DNA from: a virus | Taxonomy: Duplodnaviria; Heunggongvirae; Uroviricota; Caudoviricetes | Direction: 5' to 3' (one strand) | Virus record (IMG/VR): IMGVR_UViG_3300029708_000226 | DNA length: 64,000 nucleotides | Shown: piece by piece, positions 40,386-51,263 of the stretch | Layout: the number at the start of each line of letters is the position of its first letter | How positions within the stretch are numbered: the first letter of the stretch is position 1 | The notes under the pieces: generated by a model | The model's input: the letters and a program-made list of their open reading frames with translations, nothing else | Database searches by the model: none | Told to the model about the DNA's origin: nothing | Made by a program: the position numbers and the translations under genes

Positions 40386-40811
40386 TTACGGCTGCCTTTT
40401 TAAATGCATTACATTTTCTACATCAACAGGGATTCCCCACTGATCCAACATTCTCGCTATGATGATCCGATGACACATCTGCTCGCGCTCGCAGGCACAG
40501 CACAGATAAATCGAGTTATCTTTTCTCTTACATAGTTCCAATAGTTTAAGCTGCGCTTTCTTATCGGTAGAAAGCTGATAAATGAAGCGTGGCGTATACT
40601 CGTTGTCGAACTTTTCTTGTCCCCATTCCAATTTCTTTTTCCAAAGAAGAAAGTCTGTGTATAATTTCTCTGACGGCGCAAGTTCCGGTACAACATGAAC
40701 ATTCGGCAGCTTCGCCATCTTCTGCAGATTTCCAGTGACACTCCGCATAATCAGCCAGATTTCCTTTCCGGAATAATCTTCAATGTCATTGATATTTCTA
40801 AAATAGATCAT
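40386..40811 (-). CDS. DUF488-like protein
   Basis: PELAPS..L...F...Y...LCC......CHRII. Confidence 0.7.
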   Translation of the reverse strand: MIYFRNINDIEDYSGKEIWLIMRSVTGNLQKMAKLPNVHVVPELAPSEKLYTDFLLWKKKLEWGQEKFDNEYTPRFIYQLSTDKKAQLKLLELCKRKDNSIYLCCACEREQMCHRIIIARMLDQWGIPVDVENVMHLKRQP

Positions 40812-40859
40812 TTTTGCCTCCATAATAAGAAGAAGCCTTTCGGCTCCTTCTTAAATATT

Positions 40860-43013
40860 TTACATGCTCTTACGGTCCGCGATTTCGGCCATTTTAGCCT
40901 CATTCAGCCGCGTATCTCCATGTACCCTGGAATATGCCAGGTAACCGTTCATTCGATCGATTTTGGTCAAATTACGGCTGCCACAGACGGGGCACACATC
41001 CATATCCAGTTCCTCATGTCCGCAATCATTACAATAGGATAATGCCATATTGACGCCTTCATAAAATCCAAGGTTCATTGCTCTCCGGATAAGACTCTTG
41101 ATTGCTGTCACGTTGTAATTTACCGGATATTTTACATACTGGATTCTTCCGCCCTGGAAATAAGACCAGAATCTCTTTTCCAGATCCTGTTTCTGAATCG
41201 GCGTAATGTCTTCAGATACATGACAATGGAAGCTGTTGCTCACATACGGTCTGTCGGAAACACCATCGACAATACCGTATTTTGCTCTGAACTGCTTAAT
41301 CTGCAGTCCGCATAAATTTTCAGCGGGCGTGCCATAAATGGCATACAGATTTCCGTCGGCTGCCTTATATTCATTCACCTTGTCCTGAATATGCCGCATA
41401 ACTTCCAATGCGAATTCTCCGTCTTCGACAAGTGACTTGCCATTATACAGTTCCTGCAGCTCATTCAGTGCCGTAATACCAAAACTTGCTGTCGCTGATT
41501 TAAGTAACGGCTTGATCTTGTCGGAAGGTTTTAAATTGCCTCCGTAGAAGCCGCCTTCGCAGTATGCCAGAGGATTCGTAGAGGCTCTCATCTCTCCGAG
41601 ATAAGCATACGTCCGGATATGAAGCTTACGGATCAGTTCCATATAATAGTCCAGGACTTCATAAAAATCTCTACTCTCTTTTCTTGCTTTTGCAAGGATC
41701 ATAGGCAAATGCAGTGATACGGCTCCGATGTTAAAACGTCCTTCAAAAACAGGAACATCTTTATCATCTGCCGGATGTGATCCGCCTCTTTCATACCAAG
41801 GGGACAGATATGCTCTGCAGCCCATAGGAGAAATCGCCTTGTGGTATTTATGCCACATTTCTCCGATCGTATCATCACTGTCGAGGCTGGTGTAATCAGG
41901 ATACATCGTTTTAGCTGATGTTTTGACAGCTTCCTCAAACACATCCTCGTTTTCAGCGCCGATTCCGTGAAGGTCTTTGGTGTACAGAAAAATCAGCTTC
42001 GGGAACAGCACCGGGATCTTATTTCCTTTTTTGCCCTGTCCTTCTCTGTGAACTCTCAAAATTGCTTTGGAGATCATCTTTTCAATAGGATCGGTTCCGA
42101 GACCAAAGGAAATTGCAGTGAATGGATAATCTCCACGGCTGCTTGCCACGGTATTGAGCTTGTATTCCCAGCCCTGATAGCCCTGTTCCATTTCTCTTAC
42201 GGTTTTGTCCCATGCATATTTTTCAGCTTTTTTCAGAATTTCATCGATCACAGGTTGCTCGCTGTCCTTAAACACAGAAAGATATTCCTCTTTGTGAAGA
42301 TTTAAGGATTTTTCCGCATAGGGTTTCAGTATCTTGTCAATCTCAGGAACAGTAAATCCGCCGTACTGCTGGCTTGCTGCATTCAGAATGACATCGCTGA
42401 TAACATCGCAGGCTGTATCCAGCGTTTTCGGCTCATTGTACCAGACATTACCCATTTCGAAGCCGCCTTTGAGCACTTCGCCCATACGGAACAGGCAGCA
42501 GTTCATGGTATCTCTTCTCGCAGACATATCGTGAATATAAATGTATCCGTCATTGATGGCCTGCTGTTCTTCTCTGTTTAAGAAAAACTTCTGATACAAT
42601 TCCTTATTCAGTTGATTGAAAATCAAACTTCTCTTAGTTGATACCAGCGCAGAATCGGAATTCGCGTTCTCCTTATCTCCGATATACATAATGGACTGAC
42701 TTTTACGATATACCTTATCAAGCATATCTACAAAAGTAGTTTTGTAATCGCGATAATCACGATAACTTTTTGCTACTTCCGGAGACACATCATCAAGTGC
42801 TCCTTCGACCAGACAGTGCATTGTGTATATGGAAATTTCAGATAGATTCTTTTCATCAATATGCTTTTTGATAATATTGACGATTTCATCTTTCTGTTCC
42901 TCGCTGAGATCTATCAGAACACGATCCGCGCTTTTTGTGATCGCTTTTTTGATTTTCTCCGGATTAAAATCCTGAGTCGTTCCGTCCTTTTTAATAACCA
43001 CTACATTTTTCAT
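40860..43013 (-). CDS. nrdD: Anaerobic (class III) ribonucleoside-triphosphate reductase
   Basis: N-terminal ATP cone, ENAN, YIHD, NCC, MGCR, TPAE, CxxC..CPxC, RMNGYL glycyl-radical loop. Confidence 0.97.
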   Translation of the reverse strand: MKNVVVIKKDGTTQDFNPEKIKKAITKSADRVLIDLSEEQKDEIVNIIKKHIDEKNLSEISIYTMHCLVEGALDDVSPEVAKSYRDYRDYKTTFVDMLDKVYRKSQSIMYIGDKENANSDSALVSTKRSLIFNQLNKELYQKFFLNREEQQAINDGYIYIHDMSARRDTMNCCLFRMGEVLKGGFEMGNVWYNEPKTLDTACDVISDVILNAASQQYGGFTVPEIDKILKPYAEKSLNLHKEEYLSVFKDSEQPVIDEILKKAEKYAWDKTVREMEQGYQGWEYKLNTVASSRGDYPFTAISFGLGTDPIEKMISKAILRVHREGQGKKGNKIPVLFPKLIFLYTKDLHGIGAENEDVFEEAVKTSAKTMYPDYTSLDSDDTIGEMWHKYHKAISPMGCRAYLSPWYERGGSHPADDKDVPVFEGRFNIGAVSLHLPMILAKARKESRDFYEVLDYYMELIRKLHIRTYAYLGEMRASTNPLAYCEGGFYGGNLKPSDKIKPLLKSATASFGITALNELQELYNGKSLVEDGEFALEVMRHIQDKVNEYKAADGNLYAIYGTPAENLCGLQIKQFRAKYGIVDGVSDRPYVSNSFHCHVSEDITPIQKQDLEKRFWSYFQGGRIQYVKYPVNYNVTAIKSLIRRAMNLGFYEGVNMALSYCNDCGHEELDMDVCPVCGSRNLTKIDRMNGYLAYSRVHGDTRLNEAKMAEIADRKSM

Positions 43014-43131
43014 ATATTTTTTATTCTCCTTTCAGCTAAATAAAAAAGAGATAAGCTCTCTCCTCATCTCTTAAATATCATAATTATTATGAAAGAAAAA
43101 GCCTGCCGTTTGATACACGGCAGGCGACTTC

Positions 43132-43818
43132 TTAAATTTCCTTCATATCTACGATATAGGCATCCTTACGGTAAACAGGCTTTCCGTCTACTTCTTTTCT
43201 GGTGCTGCGCATTTCGAGAACGGCGCAGATACGGCTGCCAACCATAACGTGAGGAATTACATTCTTCATGTTTCTTGCGATGAGGGATCCTTCAATGTAT
43301 CTTGTCTTTTTATCACTCTTAACCTGAATTACGACCTTGATGTAATTTCTGTTAATCTGGATCAGACGGGATACTGTTCCGACAACAAATACCCTGTTGA
43401 ATGACTGGTCATACACACGACCTTTGATGTCAAACTCTTCTTCCAGCTGACTCTTTGCTTCTTCCAGCTCTTTTGCAAATACCTGGCAGGTATAAAAACC
43501 GGGGTTTTTTCTGTCGGGAATAGTTCTCATTTCTCCTGTAACTTTGACGCGTCTGCCCTCTTTGATAGCAACGGCTTTTTCATAAAGATCACCGGTCGCA
43601 ACAACGGTAATACCGGAAGTTTCATTCTTTTCACGTCCTGTGGTTACAAGGATAGTTAATAATGCTGCCTTACCGGCATCAAAACGACTAACCATCGTAC
43701 CCTCAATCTCGGCACGATTGGTGTCTTCATAATGTTTAACGGTCTCAACCGTCACTTCATTGTCTGCGGACTTTTCTTCATCCAGAGACAGATTCACTTC
43801 AACGACTTTTTCGTCCAT
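43132..43818 (-). CDS. Tandem OB-fold single-stranded DNA-binding-like protein
   Basis: Two repeats N.A.I.G / N.V.V.G ... G.R..V.G.MR.; AAGGAG RBS. Confidence 0.7.
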   Translation of the reverse strand: MDEKVVEVNLSLDEEKSADNEVTVETVKHYEDTNRAEIEGTMVSRFDAGKAALLTILVTTGREKNETSGITVVATGDLYEKAVAIKEGRRVKVTGEMRTIPDRKNPGFYTCQVFAKELEEAKSQLEEEFDIKGRVYDQSFNRVFVVGTVSRLIQINRNYIKVVIQVKSDKKTRYIEGSLIARNMKNVIPHVMVGSRICAVLEMRSTRKEVDGKPVYRKDAYIVDMKEI

Positions 43819-43913
43819 AGCGTTCTCCTTTTTATAAATTATATTTTGAAATACTACCCTCATAATTATTATGAAAGAAAGTGGAGCAAAACGCCCCGCC
43901 TTCTAATTGTACG

Positions 43914-46154
43914 CTATTTTCTTTCCTGAAACACAAATTTTGTGGACCAGTCACTTGCTGCTTTTAACTTAGCTGTAAATGTACCGGAACCATCTTTCTT
44001 CTTAAACTCGATAAAATCCGTTTCTCCGGAACAGAGCAGTTTTGTAAGCTGTTCTTCGGAAAGTATTGTCTGTCCAATTCTTTTCCAAACGACAGCGTTA
44101 CATTTGCTGCAGCCATATCCCTTTTCGAATTCGCGGATCTTTCCGCCGCAGTGAGGACATACTTCGGGCATTTTTGCCGGTGCTGACTTTTTGAATTTCG
44201 GTTTCACTTCCATTTTGGTATAACCACCAGAACTGGAAGTTTTAATTTTCTCTTCCGGAAGATTTTTTTTGATCTCTTCTACGTTTGCGTCTTTTACAGC
44301 GTTTACTTCTCGGGTGACATAAGCATATAACTTTTCCAGATATCCTTCTTTTGTCACATCGCCGCTTGCTACCATATCCAGTCCTTTTTCCCAGTTGGCT
44401 GTCATTTCTGGTCTGAGCAGGGATGGCGTAATAATGTTAACGATATCAAAGATCACCTCTCCGCGCTCACTGGGAGATAATGCCTGCGTTTTCTTATTAA
44501 GTGTTACGTAATTATTGGCGATCAGCTTTTTGAGGATTTCTGCTCTCGTTGCACTGGTTCCTATTCCACTGGATTTGATCTGCGCCCTGAGATCCGCGTC
44601 TTCAATCAACTGTCCTGCATTTTCCATTGCAAGGATAATGCTACCGGAAGTATATCTTTTGGGCGGCTGTGTTTTTCCTTCCAAAATTTCAAATCTTGCG
44701 TTGTAACTTTCTCCCTCTTTCAGTCCAGAGAACATTTCTTCTGTTTCTTCCACTGTTTTGTCATAGACGGAAAGGTATCCGGGCGTTACAAGCGTTTTTG
44801 TCGTTGCCTGGAAACTTTCTCCATCGCAATCGAAGAAATATGCGATTTTCTCATAAATTGCTTCCGGATAAAAGATAGCAAGAAAACGGCGGCAGATCAT
44901 GGTATAAACTATCTTTTCATCATCACCGAGGGAATTGTAGCTGTTTACTTCTTTTCCGGTAGGAATGATCGCATAGTGGTCGGAAATCAATGCATCATTG
45001 GTGTATTTGGTATTTCCGATGTTATTGATGTAACCGGCGTCAATCATGGATGCGCATTTACCAACAACCGGATGGTTCTTTAATTCATTGATATTGTTTG
45101 CAATTTCCTTTGCAACGGCAGATGATAAAACTCTTGCATCCGTTCTGGGATAAGTCACCATCTTCTTTTCATACAAGGTCTGAACAATCTGAAGCGTCTG
45201 ATCCGGCGTAATCTTAAGCGCGGAAGAACATTCTCCCTGCAGTTCGGCAAGGTTGTAAAGCATGGGCGCGGATTTCTTTTCTCTGTTCTTCTCCTTATTT
45301 TTGAAAAGAAGCTGTCCTTTTGCTTCACATTTCGCTTTCAGTTCTTCTGCATTCTTCTTATCAGAAAAAGCCCCCGGCTTATAAAGCATAGGCGATTCAA
45401 AATATGCAGACGTCTCTGTTGTCTTCCAGTCTGCAGAAGAATCGCCAACAAACCCACGAAGCCCATAGAACGGAATTTCTTTTGAGCCTTTAATCAGCCG
45501 TTCACGGTTTACGATCATACCAAGCACGCAGGTCATAACGCGGCCGACAGCAATAACTTCATTGTTTGTGTTGCCTACGATATTGTTATAAAGTCTGCCG
45601 AACTTCAAAGTATAAGCTCTGGAAAGATTGATTCCAAATAGATAGTCCTCGATGGCACGCATATAACCGGCATCGGAGATAAGATCGTATTCGGAAAGGA
45701 ATTTTGCTTCCCTGATACCTCTCTGAATTTCCTCTTCTGTCTGGGAATCGATCCATACTCTGCGCTCTTCTACGTTGCTTCCGATATTACAGAACTGGCG
45801 CACAAGGCGCTGAATATATTCTCCCTCTCTCGCAGCATCACCGGAATAATAAATATGATCCACATCTTTTCTTTCAATCTGTGTTTTAACGATTCCGAAC
45901 TGTTTGGCTACACTTTCAATAACCTCGTATTTGAACGTTTTAGGCAAAAACGGCAGTGTGTCGAGTTTCCATGATTTCAGATCCGGATCATATTTCTCCG
46001 GATAACTCATGGTAACAAGATGCCCCACACACCATGTGATGATGGTGTTATCGTCTTCGATGTAGCCATCTTTTCCTCCCCCGTTAACATGCAGGGCCTT
46101 TGCAAAATCTCTGGCTACACTTGGTTTCTCTGTAATAAAAAGTCTCTTTCCCAT
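43914..46154 (-). CDS. topB: DNA topoisomerase III
   Basis: ITEKPSVA, GHL, DAAREGE, GRV.T, YPRTD, GIGTSATRA, C-terminal Zn ribbon. Confidence 0.95.
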   Translation of the reverse strand: MGKRLFITEKPSVARDFAKALHVNGGGKDGYIEDDNTIITWCVGHLVTMSYPEKYDPDLKSWKLDTLPFLPKTFKYEVIESVAKQFGIVKTQIERKDVDHIYYSGDAAREGEYIQRLVRQFCNIGSNVEERRVWIDSQTEEEIQRGIREAKFLSEYDLISDAGYMRAIEDYLFGINLSRAYTLKFGRLYNNIVGNTNNEVIAVGRVMTCVLGMIVNRERLIKGSKEIPFYGLRGFVGDSSADWKTTETSAYFESPMLYKPGAFSDKKNAEELKAKCEAKGQLLFKNKEKNREKKSAPMLYNLAELQGECSSALKITPDQTLQIVQTLYEKKMVTYPRTDARVLSSAVAKEIANNINELKNHPVVGKCASMIDAGYINNIGNTKYTNDALISDHYAIIPTGKEVNSYNSLGDDEKIVYTMICRRFLAIFYPEAIYEKIAYFFDCDGESFQATTKTLVTPGYLSVYDKTVEETEEMFSGLKEGESYNARFEILEGKTQPPKRYTSGSIILAMENAGQLIEDADLRAQIKSSGIGTSATRAEILKKLIANNYVTLNKKTQALSPSERGEVIFDIVNIITPSLLRPEMTANWEKGLDMVASGDVTKEGYLEKLYAYVTREVNAVKDANVEEIKKNLPEEKIKTSSSGGYTKMEVKPKFKKSAPAKMPEVCPHCGGKIREFEKGYGCSKCNAVVWKRIGQTILSEEQLTKLLCSGETDFIEFKKKDGSGTFTAKLKAASDWSTKFVFQERK

Positions 46155-46666
46155 TATTCCTCCAACTTTACTCTTCTTTCGATAATTGTTTTAATATAGT
46201 TCATGGTATCTAGTTCATCTCCGGAAAGATCATCCATCGGTGTATTTAAAATCCAGTATAAAAACGCAAGATTCGTTTCCGAATTATCTTTCACGTAATC
46301 GTCGATATCCTGTTTTGTCGGAAAATATCCCGTAAGCTGAAAATCCATATTTTGAACATTCTGTATGATTTTCATATTTTTTTCGGGTGAGATTTTAAGT
46401 TGCCCTTTAACCGCTTTTCCAATCGGATTGTTATCTTCAAGGGAATCTACAATTTTTACTTCCTGATACATAAATCGCCGCAATTCTTCGCGATAATCAG
46501 AATCTGTAGTATTGTAAAATGCGACCATAAGTTCAAATAAGCCGTGTTTTTCGTCCAGTTTTGATTGAAAGCTCTCTCTTAATGGGAATTCGTAATCCTC
46601 AGGAACTTCAAACAATTCCGCTTTCTGATCCAAATCATCATATTCTGTAAAAGATATAGTCAGCAT
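46154..46666 (-). CDS. Hypothetical protein
   Basis: AAGGAG RBS; coupled to topB; promoter motif plus palindrome at 46691-46738. Confidence 0.75.
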   Translation of the reverse strand: MLTISFTEYDDLDQKAELFEVPEDYEFPLRESFQSKLDEKHGLFELMVAFYNTTDSDYREELRRFMYQEVKIVDSLEDNNPIGKAVKGQLKISPEKNMKIIQNVQNMDFQLTGYFPTKQDIDDYVKDNSETNLAFLYWILNTPMDDLSGDELDTMNYIKTIIERRVKLEE

Positions 46667-46764
46667 GCGTTTCTCCTTTCTTTATGCCTATAATTATTAT
46701 GACAGAATTTGAAAAATAACATTTTTTCTGCACAGAAAAACAGGCGTCTTGCGACGCCTGTTAA

Positions 46765-49700
46765 TTATAAAGTTGTGATCAAAGATCCAAGGATCGGATC
46801 ATTTTTTATCTGGGGAACAACATGAAGTGATGTCTCTCTTATTTCATTGAATAAGATGTCATGAAGAACTACATGATACTTTCCAACAGGAGAAACATAC
46901 TGCGCCACACACTCCTTAAATAAATCATTCCAAATAGTAATATCCGGAATTTCAAGCATAAGGTCTTTGCTTGCAGGAGCCATGGGTTTTACTTCATATA
47001 CGGAGATTTTAAGAACTGTCTCTTTCTGCTCTTCCTCATTTGCACTGTCGTCATCACCATCGGTATTATTATTGGAAACAGAGACTTCTTCTTCCATTAC
47101 TTTACCTCTGATATTGACAACTCTGCCTTCACCAAGTAATTCTCCGAAAGAGGCATATGCTTTTGTGAAGCAAGCTACTTCAATAACACCGCTCTTGTCT
47201 TCCAAAGTGAAGAAGGACATATCAGCGTTATCGGATTTTCTCTGGCGGATTTTGTAATCCTCGATGATTCCGCAGATGTTGACAACGTCGCCACCCTTGA
47301 GTTCGGAAATCATCTTGGTATTTGTGGGAATTCTGTAGGCATCCATGGGATGTCCGGATAAGAATACCCCGATCAGCTTCTTCTCATTTTCCAGCTTCTG
47401 CATCATATCTTCATCAATATTCTCAGGAATTTCAATCTCAGAAATCTGAGCGTCAATTTCCTGATTCTTATTAACGATAGAATCGATCTTCGCCTGGATT
47501 TTTTCGATGGTCGGAAGCGTTTTATTTTTGTAGCCGACTGCTCTCAGCTTGCCAAATACATAATCTGCATCTACTGCGGACCCGTTCTTTTCATTCTCAA
47601 TTTCTTTCAGGACATTGAGAATAACGGTCTGCTTTTCGATATCAGAATTATTCTTTGACTTGCCGCCTGCGCACTCTTCCATTTCCTCAAAAGCCATCAT
47701 AAGAGCTTTACGGTTCTTGCAGAAATAATCAAACGCGCCTGCATTGATTAAGCCTTCAGTTACATTCTTCTTGAAGTGGCCTCTTCTATAGTAATCGTGA
47801 AAACTGCTGAAAGCAGCTTCCTTTCTTGCAACCATAATGGGTTCTACAGCGCCGATACCCTTGATGGAGGTCATTCCAAAATAGATTTTTTCGTCAACAA
47901 TGCTGAATTTAGCCCCGGATCTGTTGATATCCACAGGTTTTACTTCAATACCCATTGACTTACATTCTGCGATCAAAGCAACCAACTGTTTTTCACTCGC
48001 CCAGCTTAACGCTACGGTCATAAACTCAATCGGATAGTAATACTTTAACCAGCAGAGAATGTATGTTACCCGCGCATATGCTGCTGCGTGGGATTTGTTG
48101 AAAGCGTACTTTGCAAAGTCAACCATGTCATCGAAAATCTGTTCAGCGACCTCTGCAGGAATGCCGTTAGCGACACATCCCTTGATTCCGCTTTCAGGAT
48201 CTCCGTTGACGAAGATGGGCTTCTCCGCAAGGAATACTGCTTCTTTCTTTTTACTCATGGCACGACGCACCAGGTCAGCTCGCCCGAAGGAATATCCTGC
48301 CAGATCACGGAAGATCTGCTGTACCTGCTCCTGATAAATCAGGGAACCATAAGTATCTTTCAGGATATGCTCGAGCATCGGATGTTTGTACTCGGGAGCT
48401 TTGCCATGTTTAACTGCGATCATGGAAGGAATAGAATCCATGGGACCGGGTCTGTATGCTGCCAGCAATAATACCAGGTCGGCAAACTTATCGGTTCCCA
48501 GCTTTTTCTCCACATCCTTCATGCCGGCGGATTCAAGCTGGAAGATCGCGTTAGTCTTTCCAGATGCGCAAATTGCCTTGATAACTTCTGTCTCTTCCTT
48601 GATGTCTGTCTGAGGATCGATCTTGCGACCGGTTCTCTTGTAGATAAGACGTAACATCTCGGTAATGATATTGAGGTTTTTTAAACCAAGATAGTCCATC
48701 TTTAACAGACCAGCTTCTTCGGCTTCCACCATATCCATCTGGCATTTCCACTGCTTATTGACATCATCCCAGGAAAGGGGGACATATTCATTAACATCAT
48801 CATTATCGGAAATGATAACGCCGGCAGCGTGCATACCATAATGGTTGTATGCTCCCTCGATTGACATAGCTCTTTTGATGATCTCATCAACCTTAGGATT
48901 CTTTTGGTTCATTTCTTCAAATACCGGAAGATATGTTGCAATATGCTCCTTGGGTTTCTGGGGAATTACATCTGCCAGAACATCTCCCAAAGCAACATAT
49001 TCATCTTCCTGACCCTTGGAAACACCAATCGCCTTCGCCACATCCTTGATGGCTGATTTCGGAGCGGATTTCGCGTATGTGATGATTCTGCATACAGCGT
49101 CTTCTCCGTATTTTTTATAGGTATAGACAACGACTACATCTCTGTAACCGTTTGCATAGTCCGTATCGATATCGGGCATTGTAACTCTTTCTGGATTCAG
49201 ATATCTTTCGAACAAAAGACCGTGTTCGATAGGATCCAGATCAGTAATACCGATACAATAACAAACCAGGGAACCCGCAGAAGAACCTCTTCCGGGGCCA
49301 ACAGTCATACCTACGTATGTCTGATCCGCCTCTACATATTCAACAATCTGTTCGAATGTCATGTTCCAGATATTCTCTTTCAGATAGTTGTATCTGTCTT
49401 CCGGCATCTTACCAAGCTTCTTGGCGAAATTAACCAGATCCTGCACGATCAGATGATAATCCGAAACACCCATTTTCTTGATTACGCCAAGTTCATACTC
49501 CAGACGTTCATTGTATTCCTTGGAAGGGAAACCACCGGGGAAACGCTTCTGAACACCTTCGTATGTCATTTTCTTTAAGAGTTCGAAGGAATCTACGCTC
49601 TTATCGAAGACGGGGTAATGCTTTTCCTTACTGGGCTCATAATTGCACTGTTCAACAATCTTACCGACGTTTTCCATTGCAATCTTGGCTCTTTCAGGAG

Positions 49701-50877
49701 TTGCAACCTGTCTGATAGCTTTATAAAGTTCTTCATCATCTTTCAGGTACAATTCCTTATCGGAATCTTCTAAAGGTTCCATTTTCATGAAGCGTAAGGA
49801 TCTTACGGTTTCTCTTCCCATAAGGTCTTCTTCGGAATTTGTCGCCATGTGTGCGTCGTTCGCAGCCACTACAGGGATATCAAGTTCCTGTGCAATGCGG
49901 TCGAGCTCCATCATAGCATCTTTCTCTTCAAACATTCCGTGGAACTGGAGTTCAATATAAAAGCTCTCTTTTCCGAAAATCTGTTGATATCTGAGAGCCT
50001 CGGAGCGCATCTTTGCGGCCAGAGCAGGTCTGTCGCAAATCTTTTCTCTCAACTCTTTCAATACAGCATATTTTTCATTCAGAGCGTCACCTTTGCCACT
50101 AAACTTATTTTTGCAAAGGGTAATCTGCTTGCAAATTGTGTTCTTTGTGGTTTTGAGCTGCGTTACTTCAGCCTTGGCTCTTTCAACGGCAGCTTCTTTT
50201 TCGGTAATTTCCGCAAGTACTTTCGCTTTCTCATCTTCGGGAAGCTTTTCTGCAGCTCTCTTCTCTTTTCCAAACTTCAAAAGAGTCAAGCACTGAATCT
50301 CGTCGATTCGCTTCTCGATTGCTGCTTTTTTAGCCTCATGACTTTCCAGCAGATCCTTGTTTCTTTCGAACTCAGACAGCTGTTCAGCCAGTTTTTCAGC
50401 TTCTTTCTTGTAAGCTTCGTTCTGAAGGATCAAACCAGCCAGAACGCCGTTTACGCAGGCAGAAGTCGCAATTACATGTCCGTAACCCTTAGAACCAGGT
50501 CCGAAACATGTTTTAATAATCTCTTCATTTAATGCTGGAAAAAGCATAGTTCTTACTTTTTCGATGCGCTTATTAGAAAGCTTTACGGCCTTCATCATTG
50601 CCTGATATCCAATCAAATCCTTGGCATATACAATCAAATGAAGTCTCTTGTCATAGGAAAACTCCTTGACATAATACTCGCATCCCACGATAGGTTTGAT
50701 ACCAAATTCTTTGGCTGCCTTCAAAAAAGAAGGAATGCCGGTCAGAACACCATGGTCAGCTATAGCCACTGCCGGAGCCTCCATTTCTTTGGCTCTCTGG
50801 CAAAGTCTTTTTACTGTCATAACAGAATCCTTTACTGAGTTTTGTGTATGACAGTGTAAAAATCCATATTTTACCAT
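46765..50877 (-). CDS. dnaE: DNA polymerase III alpha subunit (DnaE type)
   Basis: PHP HCHT/DHG/NDAH, GPGRGS, PDIDTD, HAAGV, KMDYLGL, FNKSHAAAY, C-terminal OB fold. Confidence 0.97.
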   Translation of the reverse strand: MVKYGFLHCHTQNSVKDSVMTVKRLCQRAKEMEAPAVAIADHGVLTGIPSFLKAAKEFGIKPIVGCEYYVKEFSYDKRLHLIVYAKDLIGYQAMMKAVKLSNKRIEKVRTMLFPALNEEIIKTCFGPGSKGYGHVIATSACVNGVLAGLILQNEAYKKEAEKLAEQLSEFERNKDLLESHEAKKAAIEKRIDEIQCLTLLKFGKEKRAAEKLPEDEKAKVLAEITEKEAAVERAKAEVTQLKTTKNTICKQITLCKNKFSGKGDALNEKYAVLKELREKICDRPALAAKMRSEALRYQQIFGKESFYIELQFHGMFEEKDAMMELDRIAQELDIPVVAANDAHMATNSEEDLMGRETVRSLRFMKMEPLEDSDKELYLKDDEELYKAIRQVATPERAKIAMENVGKIVEQCNYEPSKEKHYPVFDKSVDSFELLKKMTYEGVQKRFPGGFPSKEYNERLEYELGVIKKMGVSDYHLIVQDLVNFAKKLGKMPEDRYNYLKENIWNMTFEQIVEYVEADQTYVGMTVGPGRGSSAGSLVCYCIGITDLDPIEHGLLFERYLNPERVTMPDIDTDYANGYRDVVVVYTYKKYGEDAVCRIITYAKSAPKSAIKDVAKAIGVSKGQEDEYVALGDVLADVIPQKPKEHIATYLPVFEEMNQKNPKVDEIIKRAMSIEGAYNHYGMHAAGVIISDNDDVNEYVPLSWDDVNKQWKCQMDMVEAEEAGLLKMDYLGLKNLNIITEMLRLIYKRTGRKIDPQTDIKEETEVIKAICASGKTNAIFQLESAGMKDVEKKLGTDKFADLVLLLAAYRPGPMDSIPSMIAVKHGKAPEYKHPMLEHILKDTYGSLIYQEQVQQIFRDLAGYSFGRADLVRRAMSKKKEAVFLAEKPIFVNGDPESGIKGCVANGIPAEVAEQIFDDMVDFAKYAFNKSHAAAYARVTYILCWLKYYYPIEFMTVALSWASEKQLVALIAECKSMGIEVKPVDINRSGAKFSIVDEKIYFGMTSIKGIGAVEPIMVARKEAAFSSFHDYYRRGHFKKNVTEGLINAGAFDYFCKNRKALMMAFEEMEECAGGKSKNNSDIEKQTVILNVLKEIENEKNGSAVDADYVFGKLRAVGYKNKTLPTIEKIQAKIDSIVNKNQEIDAQISEIEIPENIDEDMMQKLENEKKLIGVFLSGHPMDAYRIPTNTKMISELKGGDVVNICGIIEDYKIRQRKSDNADMSFFTLEDKSGVIEVACFTKAYASFGELLGEGRVVNIRGKVMEEEVSVSNNNTDGDDDSANEEEQKETVLKISVYEVKPMAPASKDLMLEIPDITIWNDLFKECVAQYVSPVGKYHVVLHDILFNEIRETSLHVVPQIKNDPILGSLITTL

Positions 50878-50957
50878 TTCTCTTTTCCTCCCGATTTCTA
50901 GTTTCTATTAATATGAAAGAAAAGAAGGTTCAAAAAAAAGAGAGCCTCTCGACTCTC

Positions 50958-51173
50958 TTAAAGAAACGTTACATTTACCGCAAGCGGCAGCTCCGTTTCG
51001 TTGTTATTCTGAACGATATCAAAAGATACTCTGCTGTTGGCAGCCGGTATCATACGTATTTTGTTTGGCAAAAAACTTCGGTATCGCACAAAATATTGTT
51101 CTCCGGTCTCTTCATCTTCAATGAATCCAAAACCCTTTTTGAGATTAAAAAATTTCAGTACACCCTTACGCAT
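50958..51173 (-). CDS. Cold-shock domain protein
   Basis: GVLKFFN.KKGFGFI...YFV.Y...AVNV; GAGGAG RBS. Confidence 0.85.
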   Translation of the reverse strand: MRKGVLKFFNLKKGFGFIEDEETGEQYFVRYRSFLPNKIRMIPAANSRVSFDIVQNNNETELPLAVNVTFL

Positions 51174-51263
51174 ACAATTCTCCTCGTGTTCGGTATATTT
51201 TTCCTTCAATATTATTATGAAAGAAATCTTTTTTGAACACAGAGAATAAATATTGCGACACAT

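Noticed and set aside
48001..48013. 13-nt identity (CCAGCTTAACGCT) between the repeat2/spacer2 junction (5314-5326) and dnaE as self-targeting
   Set aside because: Short, PAM-distal, needs a 3-nt bulge to extend; compatible with chance
46765..50877. Intein in DnaE (or NrdD)
   Set aside because: Insertions lack C/S-start, HN-end and LAGLIDADG motifs; they look coiled-coil
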